Origin: a virus
DNA length: 64,000 nucleotides
Reading direction: 5' to 3' (one strand)
Virus record (IMG/VR): IMGVR_UViG_3300036863_000086
Location: 8,477-72,476 of that record
Part shown: positions 20,161-30,211 of the stretch, in pieces
How the letters are laid out: every line of letters starts with the position of its first letter
How positions within the stretch are numbered: position 1 is the first letter of the stretch
Position numbers and translations under genes: made by a program
The notes under the pieces: generated by a model
The model's database searches: none
The model's input: the letters and a program-made list of their open reading frames with translations, nothing else
What the model was told of the DNA's origin: nothing

Positions 20161-21359
20161 ACGCCCACTCCCGTCAAGAATTGCTCGGCTGAGATATCGG
20201 CAATATCGCCGTCTTCTGCAACAGTCGTGAAGTTGTACGATAGCATTGATGCCATGAAGCCGTTTTCAACAATCGCTGTGAACACGTTGGCAGAGACGTA
20301 AGTCGTGAGTCGAATCTCAATACCAGCAGCAACAACGATGGTGAAGACGGGAAGCCCAAAACCTTCTTCTGTACGAATCCCCGTCGCTGAAATCGTCTGT
20401 GCTGATGGAATCGAGACACTCGCAAAACCAAATCGTTCTTCGCTTCGAACGCCGGTGGGCGTGACGAACAGCGTCGATGTGTTGGCACCGAATGTTTCGC
20501 TGCTCGGAATTCCTGTCGGTGCAATCGTAGCACTTGCTGACGTTGTCGTGGCACCAAAGCGTTCTGCCGATTGAATGCCAGTTGGATTAATCGCCACAAC
20601 GACAGTCGCCGTGACAGAGTTGTTAACCTGTTCTGATGGAATTCCTGTTGGCGTAATGAAAAGTGTTGTAGTAGTTGCGCCCTCGCGCTCAGCAGATTGG
20701 ATGCCAGTTGCTGCAATCGTCGCAGTTGAAGAAACTGTTACTGCACCAAACCGTTCTTCGCTTTGAATGCTTGCTGGATTAATTGCGGTAACGACTGTTG
20801 CAGTAATGGAGTTGTTGATTTGCTCCGATGGAATTCCGGTCGGCGCAATGAAGACCGTAGTCGTCGTCGCGCCAAACGTTTGTGCCGACTGGATGCCTGT
20901 TGCAGAAATCGTCGCTGTCGAACTAATTGCTGCTGCACCAGAGCGTTCTTCTGACTGAATTCCTGTCGGGTTGATTGCCGTAACGACAGTTGCGACAATC
21001 GTACCTTCGAGTTCCGCTGACTGAATACCAGTCGTAGAAATTACTGACGTGACAGACGGTTCACCAGATCGTTCTGCTGATTGAATACCTGTCGTGAAAA
21101 TCGTTGTCGTCGACGTAAGAACTGAAGCGCCAAGGCGTTCTTCAGACTGGATACCAGTCGCGGAGATTGCCTGGTTGAGCTGCGATGCACCAGATCGTTC
21201 CTCTGACAGAATACCAATCGCAGTAATGAAGACCGTCGAAGTTGTTACGCCAAGGCGCTCTTCGGATTGAATGCCTGTTGCGTTAACTGTCTGGTCAGCA
21301 GCAGCAGTAATAACCGGGACGAACTCCCGGTAAACGTTTCCGCTGCCGCGTAGTGGCAT
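20157..21359 (-). CDS. Repeat-rich putative virion fibre protein
   Basis: Many (A/P)TGI(Q/P)S(A/E)E(R)xG repeats. Confidence 0.65.
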   Translation of the reverse strand: MPLRGSGNVYREFVPVITAAADQTVNATGIQSEERLGVTTSTVFITAIGILSEERSGASQLNQAISATGIQSEERLGASVLTSTTTIFTTGIQSAERSGEPSVTSVISTTGIQSAELEGTIVATVVTAINPTGIQSEERSGAAAISSTATISATGIQSAQTFGATTTTVFIAPTGIPSEQINNSITATVVTAINPASIQSEERFGAVTVSSTATIAATGIQSAEREGATTTTLFITPTGIPSEQVNNSVTATVVVAINPTGIQSAERFGATTTSASATIAPTGIPSSETFGANTSTLFVTPTGVRSEERFGFASVSIPSAQTISATGIRTEEGFGLPVFTIVVAAGIEIRLTTYVSANVFTAIVENGFMASMLSYNFTTVAEDGDIADISAEQFLTGVGV

Positions 21360-21367
21360 TCGTTACC

Positions 21368-21877
21368 TCAAATAGACGGCTCAGCCCAAACGATCCAAGG
21401 GAGCACGTTAACGCCCGCTGGAGCCTTGCAGCGAATGCGTAATATCGTATTGACGGGCACTCTTGGTTGAATTCGCACCTCTGGAAACCACACACCATAA
21501 CCAGATTGTGGATGCACGTGCTGTGAGTCCAACAGGCGAGCTGCTGTAATGGTACCCTCAACACTCGCATTGTAGCCAGTCGCACTCACGCCACCAACAC
21601 AAAGACTTAGTGGCGCAAGTGGGTTTCCCCAATTATCGGGTGTCAACGACGTAACCGTTGCAGCAACGGTTCCGGTATCAATTAAATGTGCAATAACTGG
21701 CACACCAGTTCCTGATGTTCCATCAAATGAGACGCCCCAACCAAGTATTCGAATATCCATTGTCGTTGTTGGTGTTGCTACTTGTAACACCGTTTTTGTT
21801 GTTGCTGCGGTGAGCGCAACAACAATCGGCTCGAATGGAGCTGCAACCGCACGAGGACTGGCAATATATTCAGACAC
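21368..21877 (-). CDS. Putative virion accessory protein
   Basis: Thr/Val-rich beta protein, GGAGG RBS. Confidence 0.6.
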   Translation of the reverse strand: MSEYIASPRAVAAPFEPIVVALTAATTKTVLQVATPTTTMDIRILGWGVSFDGTSGTGVPVIAHLIDTGTVAATVTSLTPDNWGNPLAPLSLCVGGVSATGYNASVEGTITAARLLDSQHVHPQSGYGVWFPEVRIQPRVPVNTILRIRCKAPAGVNVLPWIVWAEPSI

Positions 21878-21880
21878 AAA

Positions 21881-22783
21881 TCACCTCCCATACATTCCTG
21901 TCGTTGCTTGCACGACCGGCCGCACTAATTGCTGCCGTCGTAACTGAGGTACTCCCAAACCAGTAGGTTGACTTGTAGTTTCCCGAATCCGCAGCACCGC
22001 GCCGACCCCGGTTTGTGTGGCGGCGGCGGTGGTGGCAGTCAGCACTGGCGCGGCCGAGGACGTTCCCGCTGTACACGCCATCGTGGCGACAATTCGGCGA
22101 GCACCAAACCCGCTACTGGTTGAAGCGTCCTCCTGTTCGGTCATCGTGCCGAAGGTGCAACCGGTGGCGGTGATCGCTTCGACCGAAAATGTGGAGGTAG
22201 GGCTAACGGAGCCGCCAGCCAGCCACAGCAGCAAATCGTTGGCCTGAATACCCGGGTCGCTCCCACAAGTGACTGACCAGGCTGTATCTGCGATAACGTC
22301 CGAGCCGCTGGCAAACCCGGTAACCACGGTAGAGCCCGAGGTGGCGCGTTGGACCCCGTGGATGTTGCCGTACACCATCGACGAGTTGGCCGGGTTAACC
22401 ACGCTGACGGACGTGCCATTTTCCGAACCGTCCGCATCGGTGGTTTTCCGCCAAACGGAGAGCTTGACGGGGCCAGTGTCAATTCCGGCAGTGCCGGTGC
22501 CTCCCCACGCCTCAAACAGTTTCGTGAACCCGGTCGGGTCGGCAATTGTCGGCGGCTCACCAGTCCCGCTGGATGCTTTGCTGACAACGATCAAGATCGG
22601 GATGTCGCCGGCCAGCACACCGGACGCCGGATAAGGAATTACAGCGGTGCTGGTGCTGGCAGTCGAGGTGCCCTTCCACACCCAGATAGGCGGTCCAACG
22701 GCGAGGATTGGACGAATAATTCGTGATCCACGAATGATCCGCCTGGCAGGTGGCTTAAGGACATTACGAATTGCCGCTGGCAT
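21881..22783 (-). CDS. Putative virion accessory protein
   Basis: Ser/Thr/Ala-rich 300 aa. Confidence 0.6.
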   Translation of the reverse strand: MPAAIRNVLKPPARRIIRGSRIIRPILAVGPPIWVWKGTSTASTSTAVIPYPASGVLAGDIPILIVVSKASSGTGEPPTIADPTGFTKLFEAWGGTGTAGIDTGPVKLSVWRKTTDADGSENGTSVSVVNPANSSMVYGNIHGVQRATSGSTVVTGFASGSDVIADTAWSVTCGSDPGIQANDLLLWLAGGSVSPTSTFSVEAITATGCTFGTMTEQEDASTSSGFGARRIVATMACTAGTSSAAPVLTATTAAATQTGVGAVLRIRETTSQPTGLGVPQLRRQQLVRPVVQATTGMYGR

Positions 22784-22802
22784 TTATGCGCCCCAATACC
22801 AC

Positions 22803-23252
22803 TTACGAGTCCCAGCTAAAATACACGTCGCAAATCTGGCCAGTACCGGTAATTGGGATCAGTCCAACCCCATTGGCGGTCCCCGATGGGATATACAGAC
22901 CACGCCCACCGAACGTCCAAATAACTCCTGATCCAATTGACGCACCAATGCTCGCGCGTCGCAATTCACCGGCGACTGCGGTTGGAGCGGTGCCGGTGTG
23001 GGTGTCGGCGGCGATACCCTTGGTGGTGACGTTAACTTCCTGCTCCTCATAACCCACGCCGGGGACGACCGCGCCAACAGTTCCCAAAGATGAGAACCGC
23101 TTGAGGGAAATCGCAAGTGCGAGCGCAGTGGTATTGAATACACCAACTTCAACAAGCCACAACGCACCGGTCGCCTGCGCGTACACCGACGCCATCGGCA
23201 GGGTGGCAGAACCTGCCCCGGCGGTGCGCCATGCGGCAGCGTAGCGTGCCAT
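22803..23252 (-). CDS. Putative virion accessory protein
   Basis: 149 aa, GGAGG RBS. Confidence 0.6.
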   Translation of the reverse strand: MARYAAAWRTAGAGSATLPMASVYAQATGALWLVEVGVFNTTALALAISLKRFSSLGTVGAVVPGVGYEEQEVNVTTKGIAADTHTGTAPTAVAGELRRASIGASIGSGVIWTFGGRGLYIPSGTANGVGLIPITGTGQICDVYFSWDS

Positions 23253-23272
23253 CTATAAATTCACCTCCATCC

Positions 23273-24001
23273 CTAATTTATAGGGCGATAAACGAGACGC
23301 TCAGAAGTCACCTGGCGTCCAGCAATAAGTACCTGCGGTGCGCCGGCGGTGGCGAGTTTGAATGCCACGGTCATTAGCGCCTTACTGCTCGCGTTCGTTA
23401 AAGTCGCGGCGGACTGGCCAGTCGCCCCAGCGGTCGCCTTCGTCGCCGTGACCATCCCGATCCCACCACCGTTCCCGGCGATTACCCAGTTGTCCATTTG
23501 CTCGACAATGTTGGAATACGTAGCATTGGTGAGCGCGCCGAGGTTTGCGGTGGAAGCCACATCGGTACCAGTGGCGATGATCTCTAAAATCAGTGTGTCT
23601 GCAATGGTGGTGGTCACCCCCGGCCACGTCGCCGATGTGTCCGAGGTTGCTTCGACCGCGCTCGCGGCGACATCCCACGGGTTGGCGGTGGTCGGGCAGC
23701 CACGAATGGCAATCATCCGGCCGATGTTATGGTCCCCTGAGTCGCCCAGCGACGGGGCGGTGAACACGCCGTCGTAGCGCGCCCAGATTACCCACAACCT
23801 CGTGTTGGTGCCCTCCTGAATTGGCGACCCAGTGATATGCGCCCACCCGCTTGGCAGCGTGTAGGCGCCGGGGGCGGTGACCCCCTCACATTCCGCAACG
23901 GTGACCAGAATGTCGCTGGCGACGATGCTGGCCGGAAACGCAGGGGTGATCGCGGCGGTTCCCGACGCAACCGCGCCGACGTTCACAACGGTGGGGGGCA
24001 T
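23273..24001 (-). CDS. Putative virion accessory protein
   Basis: 242 aa Ala/Thr-rich, coupled to upstream gene. Confidence 0.6.
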   Translation of the reverse strand: MPPTVVNVGAVASGTAAITPAFPASIVASDILVTVAECEGVTAPGAYTLPSGWAHITGSPIQEGTNTRLWVIWARYDGVFTAPSLGDSGDHNIGRMIAIRGCPTTANPWDVAASAVEATSDTSATWPGVTTTIADTLILEIIATGTDVASTANLGALTNATYSNIVEQMDNWVIAGNGGGIGMVTATKATAGATGQSAATLTNASSKALMTVAFKLATAGAPQVLIAGRQVTSERLVYRPIN

Positions 24002-26112
24002 CAGGTATCCGCGACACCTTCAGGGTCAGAATAAATTGCCACATAGTTGGTGGTCGGCGCGTCGGCCGCGTCGAGGATCTGTGTATCGGTGCTGGCCTGC
24101 GGGACAGCCACATCGGTCGGGATGCCGGAAAGCTCGTAATGCAATGTCGCAGACTTCCCCTCGACCGTGGTGGTGGCCAGGCTGCGGGTCCCGAGCGTGT
24201 TGGGGTTGACGGCGGCAGTCACGGTCACGTCCCCAACGGTGCCCAACATCGGCTGTGTGGTGGCCTTGCGGACCGCGTATTCCAGGTACACCGCGTGGAC
24301 GCCCATGTCGGGGGCCGCGTCGGTGGAGAAACCGACCCGGATCGCAGCGGCGCCCAGCTTGGCGACTGTCCACCCATTGGCGGATGGCCAGGTCGCGCAC
24401 TGCCAGCGCGGCTCAGTGGAGGAGACCGCTGTCGGGCTGGCCGCATCGTAGGAAACACTGGTGTCGACCAGGACCGTTTCAGCGGTCCCGTCAAAGCCAC
24501 GAATTCCCAATGTGCCGGTGCCCGCCCCGGTGCCACCCCAGGCGGGCACCAACATCCGCACTCCGGTCACCACCTCGCCGGCGGCCACCGTCGGAGCGGC
24601 CATGGGGAACTCCATGTAATCGGAACTGGCGGTGGCGGTTTGGACCACCCCATCGGCGCTGGCGGAGATGGTCGGGGGGACCTCATCCAACGCGTTGCGC
24701 GCGTTGGTGGCATTCCACGCGCCCAAGGTTCCGTTAGCAGTAAATACGCTGAAGTTACTGCTGGTGCCAAACACGGTGGGAGTGCCAGCCAAATCCACCG
24801 TGAGCAGCCGGATCTCATGGGGGCCGAGCGGGTAGGCGGAATAGTTTTGGGACAGCACCGCATCATCATAATCAGCCGTCATCGTTTGCGAGCCCGAGGC
24901 GCCAAGTTCCAGCATGACCATGGAAGTCGCAGACTGCCCTGTCAGGTCCGCGCCGGTCTGGTCGGTATAAGTGCCAGCGGCAGTTTCAAGCCGCCAGTCA
25001 ACATGCCACGTCGAGGTAGTTGTCTTGGCGCGCAGGTCAACCCACACCCAGGTATTCGTAGCGGTAGTGCCAGGCTGCCAGGAAACGGTGCCAGTAGTGC
25101 CGCAGCGTGCTCCAAATTTGGCATTGGTCGCGTCATACAGCAGCTCGGTAAGATGAGTGCCGGTGTTAGCAGTCAACGATGCGACCACGACCGTGCCGGT
25201 GGCGGAAACAATTCGGACGTTGAATCCAGCCGCTGCGGCCTTGGTGTTCATGTTTCCCGTTCGGACATACCCAGCGGCGGCAGACTGCACCACTTGCAGC
25301 CCATAGACGGAGGTACGGGCAGAACCAGCCTGAATAAAATAGCTGGTCCCCCAAGTCCCGCCGGTGGTGGCAAACGGCGCGCCCAGCAGAGATGAGGAGC
25401 CGGTGTGGGAGTTAATCCCGCCGTGGGTGCCCTGCTCGAATCCAGCGAGGATATGGAGCGGCGCGACGATCACGGAGTCGGCAGCGGCGTAGGCGATCGT
25501 AATCGCGTCAACGCTGGCCGGGCTGCCAGAGGTAGCAAATACCGCCGTGGTGTTGAACTGGCCGGTCTGACCGGTGACGAACCGTCTGGCCACCGCGAGC
25601 GTCCTCGCCGTGTTCGGGTCGCTTATGTCGGCGACCTCGGCGAAGTTGTCGGTCCAGCCGCTCCACGACTGCACATCGCCGGCTGTAACCGTCGCGCTGA
25701 CCACACCAAACACGACCGTATCCAGCGCGGCGGTTAGTGGGGTTGTCGGCAAGGTGGCTGTGTTGCCGTTCGAGACCAGACCAGTGGAACCGGCCGAGGC
25801 GTCCACGGCGACGGCAGGTTCAATGTTGGTCATCTCGCAGACATACCAGGAAAACAGCGTGGCAGTTGCAGTCGTGAACGTCCAAGACGACTCGCCGGCA
25901 GTGACCTCGGACTTGTGCGAGGCGATCACCGTGCCAACGGCGCGGTCGGTGACGAACCCGGCCGGGCCGACGGCCTCAAGCCCACCAGTGATGATGACCA
26001 CCACGGTATTGCCAGCGGTGGTCCCTAACGGCAGGGTCACGCTGACGCTGGTGCTGGTCGTGGTCGTGAACCCGGTGTTCTCCTGGATCACGTTCACGTC
26101 GCTCAACGGCAT
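24001..26112 (-). CDS. Large putative virion accessory / adhesin-like protein
   Basis: 703 aa Thr/Ala/Ser-rich; higher GC than flanks. Confidence 0.65.
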   Translation of the reverse strand: MPLSDVNVIQENTGFTTTTSTSVSVTLPLGTTAGNTVVVIITGGLEAVGPAGFVTDRAVGTVIASHKSEVTAGESSWTFTTATATLFSWYVCEMTNIEPAVAVDASAGSTGLVSNGNTATLPTTPLTAALDTVVFGVVSATVTAGDVQSWSGWTDNFAEVADISDPNTARTLAVARRFVTGQTGQFNTTAVFATSGSPASVDAITIAYAAADSVIVAPLHILAGFEQGTHGGINSHTGSSSLLGAPFATTGGTWGTSYFIQAGSARTSVYGLQVVQSAAAGYVRTGNMNTKAAAAGFNVRIVSATGTVVVASLTANTGTHLTELLYDATNAKFGARCGTTGTVSWQPGTTATNTWVWVDLRAKTTTSTWHVDWRLETAAGTYTDQTGADLTGQSATSMVMLELGASGSQTMTADYDDAVLSQNYSAYPLGPHEIRLLTVDLAGTPTVFGTSSNFSVFTANGTLGAWNATNARNALDEVPPTISASADGVVQTATASSDYMEFPMAAPTVAAGEVVTGVRMLVPAWGGTGAGTGTLGIRGFDGTAETVLVDTSVSYDAASPTAVSSTEPRWQCATWPSANGWTVAKLGAAAIRVGFSTDAAPDMGVHAVYLEYAVRKATTQPMLGTVGDVTVTAAVNPNTLGTRSLATTTVEGKSATLHYELSGIPTDVAVPQASTDTQILDAADAPTTNYVAIYSDPEGVADT

Positions 26113-26130
26113 GACTGCTCCTTTTGGTTG

Positions 26131-27009
26131 CTAAAGCTTAAAAATCCTGTTCGTACCAGAGTCAAATGCAATGACGATGTTGCCGCCGTTTGGCGTCACT
26201 GGAAGCCCAGAGCCAGCAAGTACAATAAGTCCTTGATTACCGGCAGCAATTGCGCCAGGCAGTGCTGTGCAGGTAAGGTTGCGGTTTCCTGCTGTTCCAG
26301 CAACTGTTGATGCCGTAACGCCATTCGAGAAAACAACTGTCTGTGACGACACAGTTGCCGGAAGTGGCTTGTCCACCCAAATGGTTGTTGCTGAAGATGC
26401 CGCATCGGCAGCAACAACACCAAGGAATTTTCCAGTAATCAATGCGACCAATTCCGAAGTTGATGCAACAGCGGTGTCACGAATAATCACGACAGCTTCC
26501 ACAGAGGAGCCAGAAACAGCCGTAAACGTCACGTCGTCAGCATCCGCGACACCGGCTGCCTTCGTCTTGTTGGCAAGTGCTGGTGATAGCGCACCGACAA
26601 TGCCACCATCAAGGTCATCCCAAAAGTCACCAACCGTGCCAGCAGTCTGCCCAAGATCGACGCAATAGCCAGTTGCACCGCCAACACCACTGCCAACGGA
26701 GTTCGTACCGTCATAATATCGCGTTAGCGAAAACACCGAACCCGATGCAGCAGTAATCTTCCACAGGCCATTTGCTGCGACGTTCGTCGTATGGTCGCTA
26801 ATATACACGGTATCGCCAGTTGCAAATCCGTGTGCCACTGCGGTTGTTACGACAATTGGCGTTGCGTTTGTGGAGCTGGAAATTTGGCGAACGCCAACAT
26901 CGCTCGTGCCTGTCAAGTGAACAAGCGCAGCCTTAAAGGTCTGCGCATCCCAGTCCAAGTCCGCACCAAGGAATTTCTCCCTGGCCAGCTCAAATAGAGC
27001 ATTTACCAT
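26131..27009 (-). CDS. Putative virion protein
   Basis: GVADADDVTF and GLPVTPNGGNIVIAFD..NRIFKL ends typical of phage structural proteins; internal TNATPIVVTT..HGFATGD domain. Confidence 0.7.
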   Translation of the reverse strand: MVNALFELAREKFLGADLDWDAQTFKAALVHLTGTSDVGVRQISSSTNATPIVVTTAVAHGFATGDTVYISDHTTNVAANGLWKITAASGSVFSLTRYYDGTNSVGSGVGGATGYCVDLGQTAGTVGDFWDDLDGGIVGALSPALANKTKAAGVADADDVTFTAVSGSSVEAVVIIRDTAVASTSELVALITGKFLGVVAADAASSATTIWVDKPLPATVSSQTVVFSNGVTASTVAGTAGNRNLTCTALPGAIAAGNQGLIVLAGSGLPVTPNGGNIVIAFDSGTNRIFKL

Positions 27010-27018
27010 TGATCCCCC

Positions 27019-27210
27019 TTACTTTTCCTTCGGATTGGCCTCACGGCCACGCTGCGTAATCCAGCCAAACCGTGAGGATGTTTCTCCCTTGTTTTCCTGT
27101 TGCAGCGTCGAGGAGGCTCGTGTGCCACCGCGCTCAACTTGGTCACGCATGCGTTCTTCTCGCGCTGGGTTATCATCCTTATGACCAAACAAATTACCAA
27201 AAAATCCCAA
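27019..27210 (-). CDS. Hypothetical protein
   Basis: 63 aa, GGAGG RBS. Confidence 0.5.
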   Translation of the reverse strand: MGFFGNLFGHKDDNPAREERMRDQVERGGTRASSTLQQENKGETSSRFGWITQRGREANPKEK

Positions 27211-27385
27211 GTTAGTCCCTCCTATCCATGACGGTTATTCCTCCAGCTTGGAAGTCCAAGCACAAAGCTGACGGCCATGCCAAGCGCCCAGAATCCAAGT
27301 CCAAGCGCCAGCATGTTCACGTTGCCAAGATGCCCACCGAGCGACCACACAAAGAAGATAATCGCAGCGACCAGAATGAAAATGT

Positions 27386-27844
27386 TCACGGACTCCCTCC
27401 TGCCTGGAGTTTCTTTAACACATCGAGAATCTCCTGCGTATCAACCTTTCCATTGCCATTACCGTCGATGATCTTTTTGAGAATGTCATTCGTCTGCGCC
27501 TGCTGCCGCTTATGACATTTGCCATCAGGGCGAATACAGTCGTCGATCTCAAAAATCGCCGCTCTGGCACTAGTACCCTGTGAGAGAAACTCATTATTTC
27601 TGCTTACCTGCTTGAAGAGCAATGTGCCAATAACGAGCCCACTAATAACAAGTACCACAATAATGCCTGTCAGCGTCGCTGCCATGCGCCGCAAAAGTCG
27701 AACCTGTTGAGACGCAATATCAAAGCGCTTAGCAAGTTCAGCAACAACGCTCGTTAGATCAGCAGCCTCCTCTCGGAGGTCCTTAACATCTTTTTGAGCC
27801 TGGGGATCTACCGGCATCATTCCCCCGTTCAATATGCCGTTCAA
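27386..27844 (-). CDS. Membrane protein (lysis cassette accessory)
   Basis: Single TM helix, coiled coil, downstream of lysin/holin; start may be 27818. Confidence 0.6.
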   Translation of the reverse strand: MNGILNGGMMPVDPQAQKDVKDLREEAADLTSVVAELAKRFDIASQQVRLLRRMAATLTGIIVVLVISGLVIGTLLFKQVSRNNEFLSQGTSARAAIFEIDDCIRPDGKCHKRQQAQTNDILKKIIDGNGNGKVDTQEILDVLKKLQAGGSP

Positions 27845-28014
27845 TCATTGGCAAAATCTCATCTGCCGCCTGCTCAAAGCGAGTCGCAACCTCTTCCAAT
27901 CTCCCAATCATCTTACCGATTTTTACAAAATCATTCTCAGTCTTTTTTTCAACCTTGTCTGTAATACTCTCACGCTCACTTCCCCTACCCAAAAACGTGA
28001 AGCGCATAACAGCA

Positions 28015-28377
28015 TCACAGCTTCCTATCGATGAGCGGAGCAAGTTGTTCGAGAATTTGCGTGCTTCTGACAAGTGCGGGAATTGCCTTTTCCACAAGTC
28101 CTGCCTGCAAGGAAGATATCTGCCCATCCTTTTGCTCGATGATCTTATCTTTCATGGCTAAACGAACTTCGAGACTTGCAACTTCCTTCTCAGTACGCAC
28201 TTTGCCAATGATGAACATGATTAGCCAAATACCTGCGACCCCAATGTTCGTAAGCCAGGTGATAGGGTCATTTAGTGGCTCTGTTGCAGCAATAACAATA
28301 ATTGTTGCTGTTGCTGCAATTGGCAAGGTAAACGTCAAATTACTGTGCCTTAAAGACAAGTCCCTGCAAAACTGCAA
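28015..28377 (-). CDS. Putative holin / membrane protein
   Basis: Hydrophobic helices then coiled coil, adjacent to endolysin; start uncertain. Confidence 0.5.
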   Translation of the reverse strand: MQFCRDLSLRHSNLTFTLPIAATATIIVIAATEPLNDPITWLTNIGVAGIWLIMFIIGKVRTEKEVASLEVRLAMKDKIIEQKDGQISSLQAGLVEKAIPALVRSTQILEQLAPLIDRKL

Positions 28378-29428
28378 GGAAATCTGTTTTTAGCTGTTCA
28401 TGGTCGATGGTCACATCAATAGGTACGCCCTGATTCTCTAGCGCAGTCACAACCGCCTGCGCGAGAATTGCCGGGTCAGTTGTCGATGCAGTCAAAGCTG
28501 CCAAAATCTTTGACTCATCGTCAGACAACGTACTTGTTAGGCCATTAATCTTTGCCTCAATGCTCTGTAGTCGGCTAGCAAGGATCGAGAACGCTCGAAC
28601 ATTATTACTCTGGCCAAACTGAATGATGTCCATAGCGCCGCTGATACGAAACAGCTCACTAACACCAGCTTTAACCTGAGCCTTGACATTATCCAAGTCA
28701 GTTGTATCGAGTGGCATATCTCCTCCTACAGGCCACTGACCGTAATCAGCTTTAACCGATCGATCGATATCACACTGTATACCGTCGATTGTCACGTGAA
28801 ACTTGCCGCTCGCACCATCTGGGAACTGCTGAATGTGTGTTGCTGAATGCCATTGTTTGTCTGACCAGGCATACGTCTGCCAAAACCACTTTGCTACTCC
28901 ATCACCAACTGCCCAATCAACGACATAATACGAGCCGTACACACCAACTCGATCTACTCCCAAAACGCTAACAGCACCCTGAAGGAAACTACGAGCCAGC
29001 TTATAAGTATCGAAAGTATTAAAGTCCACAGAGTCAGCACTAAAGTAAATCGGCCGATCGTCTGGTAACCCGCAGAGCTTTGCCATTGTAAGCGAGTTCC
29101 TAGCCGCTTCCACACCGCGTGAATACCCACTCGTCATCGCCGTCGCACTAGTTTCCCAATTTGTAAACATCTGAATGCCAGCATCGATGTACGCTTGGAC
29201 CTCCTTTGGCCGTAAGCACTTTGTTGGCCATGTTGATGGATCAGTTAATGTAACTGGACTTGTCCATCTATCAGCAATGTAATGACTACAAAATTTCACT
29301 CCCGCCGCTACTAAGGCAGATGCCGAAGGCGGCGGTCGTGATGACTGGTCAATCCCAAACATAAACATTGCTCCATCATAGTTGAGGACAGTGTCGTCGT
29401 ATATTATAGGAGCATCGTAAACAGTCAT
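28340..29428 (-). CDS. Endolysin, DUF1906/GH25-like muramidase
   Basis: FGID, NWET, RPIYFSAD, RVGVYGS, WQTYAWS, CDID motifs; ATG at 29428 overlaps upstream stop. Confidence 0.8.
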   Translation of the reverse strand: MTVYDAPIIYDDTVLNYDGAMFMFGIDQSSRPPPSASALVAAGVKFCSHYIADRWTSPVTLTDPSTWPTKCLRPKEVQAYIDAGIQMFTNWETSATAMTSGYSRGVEAARNSLTMAKLCGLPDDRPIYFSADSVDFNTFDTYKLARSFLQGAVSVLGVDRVGVYGSYYVVDWAVGDGVAKWFWQTYAWSDKQWHSATHIQQFPDGASGKFHVTIDGIQCDIDRSVKADYGQWPVGGDMPLDTTDLDNVKAQVKAGVSELFRISGAMDIIQFGQSNNVRAFSILASRLQSIEAKINGLTSTLSDDESKILAALTASTTDPAILAQAVVTALENQGVPIDVTIDHEQLKTDFLAVLQGLVFKAQ

Positions 29429-30201
29429 CGGACAATAAACTGTTTGAGGTCGACACCAGTTAACTGCTCGTATGTCCGCATGCGCATACGGAAGTAGCCA
29501 CTCTCGCCCCAACCCGTTCCCCATGAGTTCGCAAAAACAATCGTCGATGAGTAGAAGTTAACCTCATCGACTTCGATCGCAAGTGCCTCAACTTCATGGC
29601 CACCAGCAATGCCAGAAGATTGCCATTTCGGATCGGCGTCAATGTAGCTGTTTCGCTCTAGGTAAAAGAATGCGTTATACCAAGGCATGCCAACAAGCAC
29701 TGGGCCATCTTGCAGAAGCCTCGCAAAGCCATGTGGCGTTCTCGCCCAACGATAGCCAGTAATTGTTTTGCGCGTCTTTAGTACCTTGCAAACGGCAAGG
29801 CCAGAACTACCAGTATCATCGGGCGGATAGTAGCCAGCATACGGATCTCGATTTGTTGCGTCTGAATAGAGCCGCACCGCAAAATCCTCAGTCAGCTCGT
29901 CAAGGCCAAACTGCCCAAGTGTATTTTCGGCAAGCAGCTTTGTCGCAAATGGCTCCGTTCCTAATGTGCCAGTGCCCGCGTTACCAGTGCATGAGCCAAG
30001 ATTGCCTTGATCGAGAATCGAAACTTTGCGCTCCCAATGAATCGACTTCAACGGCTGTCCGAACATCGCTTCAGTGTCGTTCTCAACCATGTACGCAAGT
30101 GAGCGTGCATCGAGCCAAAGATTTCGACCAAGCCGACGTGTTGTTGTCTCAATGCCTCGATCGAAAATCTGGTAGAGCATTCCCTGACTGAGCAGCGACA
30201 T
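29425..30201 (-). CDS. Papain-like (C1) cysteine peptidase
   Basis: DQGNLGSCTGNA, GGHEV, NSWGTGWGESG catalytic motifs. Confidence 0.85.
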   Translation of the reverse strand: MSLLSQGMLYQIFDRGIETTTRRLGRNLWLDARSLAYMVENDTEAMFGQPLKSIHWERKVSILDQGNLGSCTGNAGTGTLGTEPFATKLLAENTLGQFGLDELTEDFAVRLYSDATNRDPYAGYYPPDDTGSSGLAVCKVLKTRKTITGYRWARTPHGFARLLQDGPVLVGMPWYNAFFYLERNSYIDADPKWQSSGIAGGHEVEALAIEVDEVNFYSSTIVFANSWGTGWGESGYFRMRMRTYEQLTGVDLKQFIVR

Positions 30202-30211
30202 TCGCTATCCT

